A DNA stretch of 63,961 nt, counting the filler, from Thelocarpon superellum (lineage: Eukaryota): NCBI GenBank assembly GCA_026025795.1. It is 3 parts of 3 records of this genome, joined end to end, with 100 filler letters (N's around TTAATTAATTAA, not from the genome) between each part and the next. Parts side by side here need not be neighbours in the genome. Positions count along the whole stretch, not along the records: positions 22,543 to 44,973 come from JAPEUG010000298.1; 2 more parts are not named here. One strand, given 5' to 3'. The translations under genes and the position numbers were made by a program. The notes beneath the pieces were generated by a model. That model worked only from the letters and a program-made list of their open reading frames with translations. It was not told where the DNA came from and made no database searches. The first letter of the stretch is position 1, and each line of letters starts with the position of its first letter. Positions 25,618 through 37,130 of the stretch are shown here, piece after piece.

Positions 25618-26967
25618 ATGCAGCTCATCGAGAGGACCAAGCATGACATCTATCCATTCATCTCCCCCGAAAGTGGATTGAAAGACTCCGCAAAGGGAAA
25701 GACCGTGTTGGTCACAGGGGGTGGGAAAGGAATTGGCAAGGTTAGGTTTACTTCGATTCGTGGTTACCTTCATCCTCGCGTGATGTCTCGTTGTCGTACC
25801 GCCACGCTCGACCATGTTCGAATGATGTATCTGACAAGTGGATTTCCAGGCCATCGCAACTCAATTTGCCCTCGCCGGTGCCACAACCGTCATCATCTCC
25901 GGTCGCAGCCGCGATGCCCTCGAAGCCGCCAAATCAGTCATCGAAGCGGACGCCCCCCATTGCGCTGTGGTTCCCATCGTGACCGACGTGACCGACCAAC
26001 GCTCGGTGCAGAGTCTCTTTGACGGGCTCTCCAGCCCTCCTGACGTACTGGTCAACAATGCCGGTGGTACACAGGCCTCGACGGCCATCGTAGACAGTGT
26101 CGTGGACGATTGGTGGATGGACTTCGTGAGTACAGCCCCCTGGGATGGGAGCTTGGTCGACGGAAAGCTGACCATGCTCGTCGTGGATCTAGGAAACCAA
26201 CGCCAAGAGCGTGTACATGTGCAGTCGAGCCTACCTCCGCGCCCTTGCCGGGCGACCGGGTGTGATCCTGAACGTGTCCTCAAACGCGTCTTTTAGCATG
26301 GGCCGGACGCTCAGTTCCTACTCGGCTTCCAAAACCGCTGCGAACCGGTACGTGTGGGCGTCATATCCATGGGGGAGAAGAGGGGCACAAGGAGAGACTT
26401 GGAGGATCCTCCGCGTGATACCAGACGGCTAATGATCTTGGCAGAATCACCGAGTTCATCGACTTGGGTAAGAATGAAAGCCGCCCTGGTCCCCCTGTCC
26501 CCAGGCGAGATCCTTCTCTCCACCTGGATCTGACCTGATCCCCAGAGCATTCTGAACAAGGCGTTCAGTGCATCGCCTTCCATCCAGGTGGCATCGCAGA
26601 CACGGATTTGGGCCGGAGAGCCCCTGCTGCCTTCCAGCCATACCTCAACGATACCGGTTCGTCTTCTCTATCAGCCATCACTTCATCGCCCCCAGATTCC
26701 ATGAGCCTGCACACAGCATATTCCCCGCGTTGATTCGGCGTCAAAACATGGCCTGCTGACCATCGTCGATGAACAGCCAACCTCGCGGCAGGAACCGCGG
26801 TTTTCCTGTCGACCCCACGCGCCGCCTTCCTGAGAGGACGTTTTGTCCTTTCGAATTGGGACATGGAGAAGCTCGAGAGCCAGCAGGACCGCATCTTGAG
26901 TGAGGATATGTTTAGGACGAGGATCACCATGGGTGGACCAGTCATCACTAGCCTTGTAAACAAATAG
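25618..26967 (+). CDS. Short-chain dehydrogenase/reductase, 6 exons (introns 25741-25849, 26126-26192, 26348-26444, 26468-26545, 26657-26776)
   Basis: TGGGKGIG Rossmann motif, LVNNAG, NVSS, catalytic YSASK and HPGG; all introns preserve the frame. Confidence 0.9.
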
Positions 26968-27247
26968 ATCGCTTCTGATCCATCTCCTCGTCGGGATGCT
27001 AGCTTAGCTTGCTTGGGGGACCGAGGCCTGGGTCGTTCGTGCCACGGACGCCTGACGCCTTGTCCTTCATTCCGCACAAGAAATCGCCTCTGAGAGTCTG
27101 TCTTACCGCCCGAAACATGGATGCAAAGAAAGGTAAAAGTCGTAGTCCTGATGGGTCAGGACGACATGCCATACCCAGCGCTCCTCCACCAATCGCCAGC
27201 TGCGATCCAGCACCAATTCAAAGGAAACGACCTGGCCTAGGTCTGCT

Positions 27248-29032
27248 CTAAGTAGTCCCGCTCCTCCGGCGTCCACTGGACATTCCTAACGCTGAGCCCA
27301 TCTTGAGGTGGTCTGCGAGTCGTGGAATAGCCGATGGATGCATTTGGGCGGATCCTTTCCTACCATAACGTTGCAATGCAACCTCAGGCACCACCTCGGT
27401 TGCTGTCGGTGGTGAGATTTTCGATGATGATTGGGGTGTGTTTTCGGATTCGTCCCTGATCGCTCCCTGATCAACCGACGCAGTTTCGTCCAGCCAAGGG
27501 ACGGATCTGAGCGTCGGGAACGTGGGGCTACTCGTTTCAGGGACGACCTTCACGAGGTCGACTGCCCTCACTGGGGACGACTGCCACGCGGCGGTGTTCT
27601 CGCGAGCCAGGAGTGCGGGGAATGATGCGACTCCCCCGTCCCAAGATACCTGCTCTTCGGCACGGAGACTCCCGTCCTGTTGATTCAACCGCCTCCGTTC
27701 CTCCGGAAGACTGTTCCTATCCTGAACGACTTTATCGATCGAGACGGAGACGGAAGCGTCCGTGGGTCCCGTTTCATCAAAGCAAGTGCAATGTCGAGCA
27801 CAAGTGCAATGTCGAGCAGCCTTGTCCTGTGAAGGTCGTCGGCTTGCAACGGAGAGTACCTCTCGCACGTTGTGTAGAGAGGAGACCAAAGGAAAGTAGC
27901 TCTCATTACGATCATCGGTATGATCCAGTTCGAAGCTGGAGATACTGGTGTAGGTCGGAGAGACGTCTCCACCAGGCTGGATGAGATTTTCTGCGCTGGA
28001 GTTTTGGCTGTGCGGCTCGGAAGTGTTGGACTCGCTTGACGAGGTCTCCTCTTTCCAGATGATCTCGTGGATGCTGTCCCTCGTCCGGATGTGCTGGACC
28101 ACGCTGAGCCGGCGCAAAGTCGAGGATAGATAGGTGCGTGTGCCGAACCACACATTGGAATGCGCCGACGACGTATCTTGCACGTCAACGTACGTAGTAG
28201 CCGCGCTCGCCGCCGCACCGACCTGAGAGAAGCGGCGCCCATACAAAGGAGACGCGGATTGATGATGAGCGGGGAAGAAGAATGTGGGTTGGCGCATGAT
28301 GGGCACCTTGGCCACCTCAAGCCCCATACCCTCTGCGGCCAAATCTGAGCCCTTCGTCCTATCCTTGTGGCTCGTGCGGGCAAGGCTAGCAGGGTGCGAC
28401 GCGGCTTGCAAGCCACTTGCTCGTCTCAAGGTGATGATTGCTGGTGTGTCCAGGCTTGATCGCCCATGGTTCCAAGCTTCTGCGTCAGCATAAGAGTTGC
28501 CATTCTCGGTCCGAGTTGCTCGAAGTTTGGTGTGAGATCGTCGCTTACGATTCCGGAACTCGTATGGAAGAGGCAGTAGGGGAAGTCGGTTCAGCGTCGC
28601 CCCGCTCGATCTTCGATGGCTCGTTGGCGGCCGCTCCCCCAGAGCCAACCGCTTGGCGACGTCATCACTCTTGCGCCGACGGTTTTGTCTCTTCCCGACT
28701 CCTCCGCCCAACACTCGCGAAGTCTTCCTCACTCTTGGTTGAGCTCGACGCTGACTACTCCCCTTGTCGCTCCTGCTGAGCATCTTCAGGCTGACTCGAT
28801 CGTCGTCGGCAGGCTGAAAGGGTGGCGCTTCGGTGGCATCCGAGGCTGGAACAGGAGGGCTGAGATAGTCGGAGCCAGGGTTTGTGGATGGCACCGGACT
28901 TGAGGATCTGACGGACCAGACATCGGGCAGCGGCGTGGCGGACCCTTTTCGGTCCATGTTGCCCGTGCGAGGTCGAAGGTCCTTCTTCGAGGTGGAGCCA
29001 CACGTACTCGACGAGCATTGCATCGTTCTCAT
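27248..29032 (-). CDS. Hypothetical Ser/Arg-rich protein (594 aa)
   Basis: Long ATG-initiated ORF, mostly low complexity, with one ordered block (IRTRDSIHEIIWKEE) and an 18-nt duplication encoding ARHCTC twice. Confidence 0.65.
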   Translation of the reverse strand: MRTMQCSSSTCGSTSKKDLRPRTGNMDRKGSATPLPDVWSVRSSSPVPSTNPGSDYLSPPVPASDATEAPPFQPADDDRVSLKMLSRSDKGSSQRRAQPRVRKTSRVLGGGVGKRQNRRRKSDDVAKRLALGERPPTSHRRSSGATLNRLPLLPLPYEFRNRKRRSHTKLRATRTENGNSYADAEAWNHGRSSLDTPAIITLRRASGLQAASHPASLARTSHKDRTKGSDLAAEGMGLEVAKVPIMRQPTFFFPAHHQSASPLYGRRFSQVGAAASAATTYVDVQDTSSAHSNVWFGTRTYLSSTLRRLSVVQHIRTRDSIHEIIWKEETSSSESNTSEPHSQNSSAENLIQPGGDVSPTYTSISSFELDHTDDRNESYFPLVSSLHNVREVLSVASRRPSQDKAARHCTCARHCTCFDETGPTDASVSVSIDKVVQDRNSLPEERRRLNQQDGSLRAEEQVSWDGGVASFPALLARENTAAWQSSPVRAVDLVKVVPETSSPTFPTLRSVPWLDETASVDQGAIRDESENTPQSSSKISPPTATEVVPEVALQRYGRKGSAQMHPSAIPRLADHLKMGSALGMSSGRRRSGTT

Positions 29033-30132
29033 GGGACTGAGCGGTGGGTTTGGTCGCCGGACGGAGGGTGATTTGGAGCGCAGGCTAAGGTATGATAGGC
29101 AAGCGGAAGAAAGGGACCCGGCTCTGCGGATCGTTTGGAAGGGAATGATTCAAGGTTCGGCAGCAAGGTTGCAAAGGAGCGACGGCGAAGATGATGCTTA
29201 GGAGACAGGAGAAGGGGGAGGTAGGAAAGTATGCACAGGAATCGTGCTCATGAACAAAAGGATCAGCATCTGTTTTTGAATTGCCCAGTTTCACATGAGC
29301 ATTCATAGGTAGGCCGAGGAAGGAGAGCTTTGCGAGAGGGACTGCGCTTTACGCCAGAACTACTCGTGCTGGCTGCTGCCACACCATGGCCCAAACCTTC
29401 GCTTCGTCTGTTTCTTCCTCTATCCCATTTCCCGTTCCAGGTGGCCCAATGTGAGACCAAAATTGGCTGACGAGAATGCTCACGTAGGTCACGTCGTCTC
29501 TTCCCTGGCGACATTGCACCCGGACTCGAGTGGACCCGTACGAGGCCTTGGGCTGTAAGCGACGAGCTCTGCAGCCTGCCGACATAAGCACCAAATCTAG
29601 CAACGGAAACGGGAGCCAAGGACGACAGTTGACCTCGGCTGTGGCTACGTGCATTTACGTGAAGTGATATGGGTCGGGGAAGAGAACAACTCTTGGTACT
29701 CACGGCAGCATTGACGACAGTGGAGGGATGTCGCGGGATGGTAGCTGTGGTGATTCATAGCGGCAGACAGTAGCTCGGTCCGAGCCGTGAACTGCACAGG
29801 CGCCCGTACGAAGCAGTATGTGCACCTGCTTCAAGCAAGGGCGGGCGCCTACCAAGGAGTAGCATACCTCATCGTACTCGTACGTAGATGATCTGCTCCT
29901 ATGTGGGTGGGCTTCCCAGGGCTAGTAGGGGTGTTGGCGAAGCACACGGGAGCTCTCCGCCACCACACTACGCACGGACTCACAGAGCAGGCCGCGTGCA
30001 CCCTTCCTGGGGCTCGCACACCAGTCAATGATGATGTCTAGCCAGCGCTGAATGGTCTTCAACCTCACCACTCAGCGGCCTCGCCTCGCGCCCTGACGCG
30101 GGCAGTCAGGTGCGATATCACCGTGTCACGCC

Positions 30133-33118
30133 ATGGCCACCGATAGCGATGGCATGGACCCCGCATGGGACGACCTCGACAGGTGAGCTTCCCTGAACCC
30201 GGCGCCTGAAAGACTTCCCCGCTTAAGGCTGACCAATTACGCTGGGATGCATCAGGACGATGGGCCAGTTGTTTATGATGGGATTTGATGGCACCGTCGT
30301 CAACTCCGAGATCCGCTGTTTGATCGAGAAGCATTACCTAGGTTCCATTTTGCTCACGGCGAAGAATCTCAAATGTGAGGAGAGAAGACCAGAATCTCCT
30401 CCCGTCGCTCGCGCGCTGACCGAATGTAGCGGCGGAAGAGACGACCCAGCTGGTGCGTGATCTTCAGAAGATCGCCTTCGATGCCGGCCATCCGGTGCCC
30501 TTGGCCATCGCCCTGGACCAAGAGAATGGCGGGGTCAATAGCCTCTTCGATGAGCGATACATCCGCCAGTTTCCGAGTGCGATGGGTCTAGCCGCCACTG
30601 GCTCATCGGACCTGGCCTATCAAGTCGGACGGGCCACGGCCCAGGAGATTGCGGCTGTCGGGGTGAACTGGATCATGGGTCCAGTCTTGGACGTGCTGAC
30701 CAACGCTCGGAATCAACCACTTGGGGTCCGCACCACCGGTGATGATCCGCAAGAGGTCTCCTCCTATGGTGTCGCCTTCATGAAGGGCTACAAGGATGCC
30801 GGCATTGCCACGTGCGGCAAGCACTTTCCCTCCTATGGGAACCTCGAGTTCCTCGGCTCGCCCATGGACGTGCCTATCATCACCGAGACTTTCGAGCAGC
30901 TGAGCTTGAGCGCCTTGGTCCCCTTTCGCAATGCCATCGACCAGGGCTTAGATGCCATGATGGTTGGCGGATGCGCCATGTCCTCCATGAATGTGATGCA
31001 CGCCTGTCTCTCCGAGCAAGTCGTGAACGAGCTGCTGCGCGACGGCCTACATTTCGATGGCGTCGTCGTCTCGGAGTGTCTCGAGATGGAGGCGCTGAGC
31101 CACAATATCGGTGTCGGCGGCGGCACCGTCATGGCCGTCAAGGCCGGCTGTGACAGCGTCTTGCTCTGCCGTTCCTTTCCCGTCCAGCAAGAAGCCATCA
31201 ACGGCCTAAAGCTAGGCGTGGAGAACGGGATGATCTCGCGCGAGCGCGTGCAGCAGTCACTACGGCGAATCCTGAAGCTGAAGTCCGCTTGCACGTCGTG
31301 GGACAAGGCGTTGAACCCACCGGGTATCAGTCGGCTCTCCTCCCTCCAACTTGCGCACACGAGCCTGTCAACCCAAGCCTACAATGCCTCCATCACGGTG
31401 GTGCGCGACAAGAACCATCTGCTTCCGCTCATCAATGTGCTGGAGTCAGACGAGGAGCTCTTACTCCTCTCGCCGCTAGTCAAACCGCTCCCCGCCTCGG
31501 CGGCATCGCGAGCGCTCAGTGCCGGCGCCGACGCCAGCTCTGCTGTCGCCGAGCCGGCCATGTGGGAGACGCGCGCGTCGGTCATGAGCGGTGAGAGCGT
31601 CTTCCGTGACCTAGGGCGGTCCCTGGCCCGTCAACGCAGCGGCAAGGTGTCGCACACCTCGTACACGGCCAACGGGGTACGCCCGGTTCACGAGAACCTC
31701 ATCAACCGCGCCAGTGCCATCGTCCTAATCACGGCCGACTCGAATCGTAATCTCTACCAGAATGGCTTTACCAAGCACGTCGCCATGATCTGCCGCACGC
31801 AGTCTACCTTGGAAGGGGGCCGACGCGAGAAGCCGCTCGTCGTCGTGGCCGTCAGCTCACCGTACGACTTCGCCATGGATCCGACGGTCGGCACCTATGT
31901 GTGCACGTATGACTTCACCGAGACGGCCCTCACGGCGCTGGTCAAGGTGCTCTACGGCGAGCAGTCGGCATCGGGCGCGCTGCCGGGGCGGATCAGCCAG
32001 CGGCATAGACTTCATCAGTCACGGCAGCATTGGCTCGTGGAGAACTGGAAGGAAGATCGCGATGCGACCGGCCTGAATAATCTGATCAAGGCGGTCAATG
32101 ATGGCCAACCATATGGGCATCATTCGGAGTTGTCGGGAGCCTCGGCCAGTTCATTCCTGCTGCGCAACGTCGACGTGGAGGAAGATCACTTTGTGGTGCG
32201 CAACAGCAGCACACAGGCCTTGTACGGCTTTTGCTCCACCTACTTCTTCCGCAATACGGGCACGGGCGTGATCGGGTCGCTCTTCGTCGACCCGACGCGG
32301 CGCAAGCTGTCGATCGGTCACTCCCTTCACAACCGGGCGATCCGCGTGTTGATGCAGAAGGAGGGGATCAAGCGCTTCCAGCTCGGGTCTCGCCTGCCCA
32401 GCGTCTATCTCGGCATCTCGACCGGGAACACGTTAGAGCGGAAGCGACTGCGACAGTGGTTCGCCAACATGGGATGGAACATTGCCTTCTCCCGGCGCGT
32501 CTGCAGCATGGTGATCCGCAACTTGTCCGGCTGGCAGCCTCCCGACGGTCTGACGCCCAGCCTGCAGCGAGCGGGTATCGACTTTGATCTGGTCTACGGG
32601 CCGGAGTACGCCGACTCGCTGTTGGACCACATCAAGACCTTTCCGCGCCAGGGTGTGGCCGAGGTGTACAAGCTCGCCTTGGCGGATCAGCGCGCCTGTG
32701 GCATCATCCGGGCCAAGCGTCCGCACGATGGCACCGTCCTCGGCAGCGTCGTGCTCTACAATAGCCGTTCGCGGCTCGCCGACTACGTGCCAGCCCTGCG
32801 CGAGACCCACGAGCTGGTGGGCGGCATTTCGTCTCCAGTCATCTCGCCGTCGGTGACGGAGTATGCAACCCTCTTGCAGGGACTGATCCTGCTGGGGATG
32901 CGCCAGATCAAACAGCAGGGCTTGGATGCCTGCGTTTTGGATTATGTGAGTCATCACGACCATGGCTACCCCGCCTCACCCGGCATGGCGCTGACCGCCT
33001 CCAGGTCGACTGGGAGGCGAACTTTGATAGCCTGTCGGCCATGGGCTTCGAAGTCCTGCATGGCTTTGAGGAAGTCAATTGTGATGCCGCCACGTGGACG
33101 ATGATTCCGCCCTCCTAG
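30133..33118 (+). CDS. ngs1: GH3 beta-N-acetylglucosaminidase-like domain fused to GNAT acetyltransferase domains (GlcNAc sensor NGS1/NAG3 type), 4 exons: 30133-30182, 30256-30374, 30430-32945, 33005-33118
   Basis: GH3 motifs GQLFMMGFDG, IALDQENGGV, FPSAMG, PVLDV, GVRTTGDDP, KHFP; C-terminal GNAT (IGSLFVDPTRRKLSIGHSL). It neighbours an Ndt80 factor and a hexokinase. Confidence 0.88.
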
Positions 33119-34160
33119 GCCCCCTAGGCCTCCTAGGGTTCTTAGCGAACCGAATGTGACGGCACGCGGCTGCCACGCATCGGCCTGGTGGGTTATTTTT
33201 GGATTGGGGCAGTGGCGTTCACGGATTCTCCGTGGTGTCCGGAGCATCTCATTGGTTCGGCCGGGAGTCTACCGTGATGTCACTGGTGGCGTAGGGCTCC
33301 TAGGACGCGGCGGGACCTGGTCGAAATGTGCAGCGACGTCGTATCATCTCCGCTTGCACAGCCGGGCCGGACCTGGTTCGCACGTAGGACTGGGCAAGGA
33401 CGGAATCCGCGCTGGGCAGGATCGCTGCGGGAAGGTCTCTCTTCCCAGAGCGACGGGACCACGGGCGGATTAGGGCAGCGGAGGTGCTCGCTGGAGATCC
33501 GAACCAAAGCTTGGGCGGTGGGTAGGGCGCGGGACGATGTCTTGTCGTAGCATGCCCTTCAGGCACATCGTTGGATCGGGGACGCTGGGCTCGTGCTAAA
33601 GTGAAACACGCAGCGCGCCAGCTGGCGTAGGGTTCAGGCATGTTTTGCCGGCGTCAAATCGGCGGTCGCCAAGTGCGCGCCGCCGCGGACTATCGGCCAT
33701 TCAGGGCTATCGGCGATGGCCTCAACTGGCTTAGGGAACGGGGGATCTGCGAGCGTGCGGGTGGGGAGCTGTGGAGCTGGGGAGCTGGGTGCGGCCTGAG
33801 GTTAGCCTAGGTCATATTCTCCCCCCACATTGTCCCACTGCTGGGCTTTGTGCATGGGTGGGGTTATTCATAGTCCCTTCACCTGCCGACCGATCGTGCG
33901 TGTTATTCCCTTCTCGGGCGTAGGCATCACATCGCGACCTGAGCACGCTCGTCCATCGGAACTGACGCATCGCCAAGGCCGTCCACCGGTGACCGGGGAC
34001 CGTGCGAGCGCGGCCGGAAGCTGAGCCCCAGCGCCCCAGCACCCCCATCCGCGGAGTCGCTGGCCACGGAGGTCATCCCGAAGGTTGCCGCTGCTGCTGC
34101 AGCTGTCGTGACTGTGACCGTGACCGTGACGGCGACGGCGAAGGTGAATAGGCGCACCTC

Positions 34161-34206
34161 GAGCACGCTGAGCACGCTGAGCACGCCGAGCACGCCGAGC
34201 ACGCCC
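34161..34206. repeat. 9-bp tandem repeat GAGCACGC(T/C) x5, preceded by short GTGAC(T/C) repeats
   Basis: Directly visible upstream of ron1. Confidence 0.85.
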
Positions 34207-34557
34207 GCGGGACCAAAGATAGACACAAGGCATGAAGCAAGGCATCCTACCAACGAGCGCCGCGACCTGTGTGACCTACCTCATCCCTCGCACCGGGCCT
34301 CCTTCGCCCGCCCTCTGATTCGCGTTACTCTCCTCACCCTCCTCTCCCTCCGCTCCCTCCTCACCCTCCTCGACCCGGCTCAGGGCTGCCACTCGTTCCT
34401 GTCTCCGCCTCTGCCGCGAGAGCCATTGCGCCTTTTCCTCGCCGAACACCGACCCTCCTGTGCTGAATCGGCTCGAGGTGATTGACCTGGCGCCGATCGA
34501 CCCATCTATCGTTACACCTCGCTCCATGCCCCTGGAGGCGAGTTGTGCGCTGGCAGG

Positions 34558-36272
34558 ATGGAGGAATTCAATCCGCTGAACCATCCGTTCCTTGATGGTG
34601 CCTTGGCCTTGGCCGAGACCAGCATCACGAACAACCCCGAAGCGCTCATGGGCAGTGCTGCGTTGGATCTGACGGATCACTTATCACACTTCGGCCCCGA
34701 TCCGATCGGAGGGTGGGTGCATTCCTGACAGATTTGGCCGATGTGACGTGGACTGACGGGGGCAGGAATGATGATAGCTTTGGATCGGCCACCTTCGGCC
34801 CGCTCTCGTCGAAAGGCTTCGCGGGAGGTTTTGACGACCCCTTCTCTGAGCACACCGGGCCGTGGGAGAACGTGGCCCCCGAGGCCGACGGTGCAGATCG
34901 GCCGGCGGTGGATCGAAACCACAAGCTCCTCAGCTTCAGTCCGCCAACTTTCCACTACGGCCTCTTGGACTACGCCGAGAACCGCGTGTCGGCGTCCGTC
35001 TCCGCACAATTACATGGCATGTTCTTCCTGGCCGAGTCGCCTTGGGCCGTCGAGGGACAAGCTTCGGGACTCTCGAGCGAGTTGACCTGCTATCGGCGCA
35101 ATCTCTTTCAGATCTCAGGCTCGGTGATGCTGCCGCGTGCCCTGCGCTTCGTGCTCACCGAGCGCGGCGAGCGCATCCCGGTCATGGCCCAGGAGCTCAG
35201 CGTGTCGGCCACGGAGAGCGTCGAGGGCAACCCGGTCAAGCTAATCTCCGTGCCATGGAAAACCCCGGCGTCGACCGTGCCGGCGCCGGAAGATCGCGCC
35301 GAGCGTGAACCACCGTCCTTGCCGCTTGATCTTCTTCTCAATGCCGATGTCGACGCGGATTACGCTACGTGCCCGGTCGCATGGAAGCGGCTGCAATTCC
35401 GTATCGCGACGGCCAACAATGGGCGTCGGAAGGAACTCCAGCAACACTTCACCGTGCGGTTGAAGGTGATGGCGACGCTAGCGACGGGGACGAAGGTGTC
35501 TATCTGTGAGGTACAATCAGGAGCGATCATCGTCCGTGGCCGCAGCCCGCGCAATTTCAAGTCGGGGAAAGACCTCCCGCTGAGTGGCAGCGCGGCGACG
35601 TCGCGAAGGACCGGGCTGCAAGGACCGAGCACTGGCCATTCGAGGACCTTGACGAGCGACTCTAGCTTCCTCGACCCCGGGAATGACCTCAACCCGAGTT
35701 CCGGCCTCGCGCCGCCGTTACCCTCTGACCGAGGTGATCTCCAGATGACCCCCGACCTGCTCGATTGGATGAAGATGTCGGAGCAGGAGGTACCCGTGTC
35801 ATCTTCTGACGTGGGCGTTCGCCCGGGCGATGCCATCTCGGCCTATGCGGAGGGGAACCTCACCTCGACGCGGCCACCAATCGGTCACGGACCGCCCTCC
35901 TTTGCAGGGCCGATCACGCTCTCCCTCACCGAGGATGAGACACCGCGGAAGCGACCGTCAGCCAGTGCGGGTGAATCGGGCTTCGGTGGATCGTCGCAGC
36001 CCCACAAGATCGCGCGACTGTCGTCAATCCCACGGCCATCGTCTGATCCGACCATGTCAGGGCTGCTCGGGATGGGCAGTCCAGACACGGACGAGAGCGC
36101 CGACCTCCTGTATGAATACTTCCCACTGGGATTGGATGATTGGATGCCTCCGGTCGACGCCGTCTATCGACCACACGTCGTGCATCACACCAACAACCCT
36201 GAAGATCCCAAGGCACAGGCGGCCAAAGAGCGATCGAGGCGCTATTTCTCGCGAGAGGAGTCGTCGTCGTGA
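34558..36272 (+). CDS. ron1: Ndt80/PhoG-family transcription factor (RON1-like), 2 exons: 34558-34712, 34766-36272
   Basis: Ndt80 domain motifs AQLHGMFFLAE, LTCYRRNLFQI, WKRLQFRIATANNGRRKELQQHF, IIVRGRSPRNF; tail LLYEYFPLGLDDWMPPVDAVYRPHVVHH; 53-nt intron with a CTGAC branch site. Confidence 0.88.
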
Positions 36273-37130
36273 TGAGGGGAGACAACAGACGGTCGGCACC
36301 CCTACGTGGTCTCGCCCTTGTTATGTTCCTTCGCGCTCTGCCGCCCGGGCGCAAGGGCGCCCGGGCGCCCTCGCACCTAGCGAAACCCTCGGTCGCGTGT
36401 TCGCTGGTGTTGCATTCGGTACTCAATTAGCGCCACCACCCCGCCCCAAGAGCCGAAAGATTTCCTGCCCCACTACTAGTGGAGTACGACAAGGTGTACC
36501 CCAACAGAGGGATGCAGGTACCTCGTCGTCACTGGGGCCCCACCACTTTTACAGGTTCCTTCTCCCTCACCTGAGGTTACGCGTTCGCCTGTCCAATTCC
36601 GGCAAATGCCGCCGTGCGCGACGGTTTTCCGGCGATGCAACATGATTGTCTGTACCTAGGCATGTTACAGTTAACAAAGGGTCCAGGCCCGTCGTGCCGT
36701 TTCCGCTGTGCCTCCCACCTGCCCCACCGTCCGGCGGTAGCCCGGCGTTAGCCGCACATCCGGGCCCTCTTCCTGGGCTGTTGTTCAGGGTGTTTTCGCT
36801 CCGTTCATGCCCATGCCCGTCGCTACCGGGCCCTTAAGTCGCCCTGTCGCCACTACCTAGCGATCTGCGACCCGGTCCTGCGTGGCCCGCCCGCTCTCAA
36901 CAACGTCGTCAACTCCCACGCCCATGCTGCCGCGGTCGGTCGGATCATTCGCGGAAGCGCTCCACGGCCGATGTATGCTTGAAGGGCCCTTGCCTGGCCA
37001 CGTCTGCGGCTGCAGTCGTGGTGGCCCGTGACGAAGTCTCTTCACCTCCACCCGCCGGTTCTCCGAACAATTAGTCCGTGTCATCAACGTGCCACCGCGT
37101 GTCGACCGAGCGCCCAAGAGCGTTGTCACC

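Noticed and set aside
33115..33140. Three CCTAGG palindromes at the ngs1 stop
   Set aside because: A short local duplication, with no terminal repeats, target-site duplication or transposase to suggest a mobile element.
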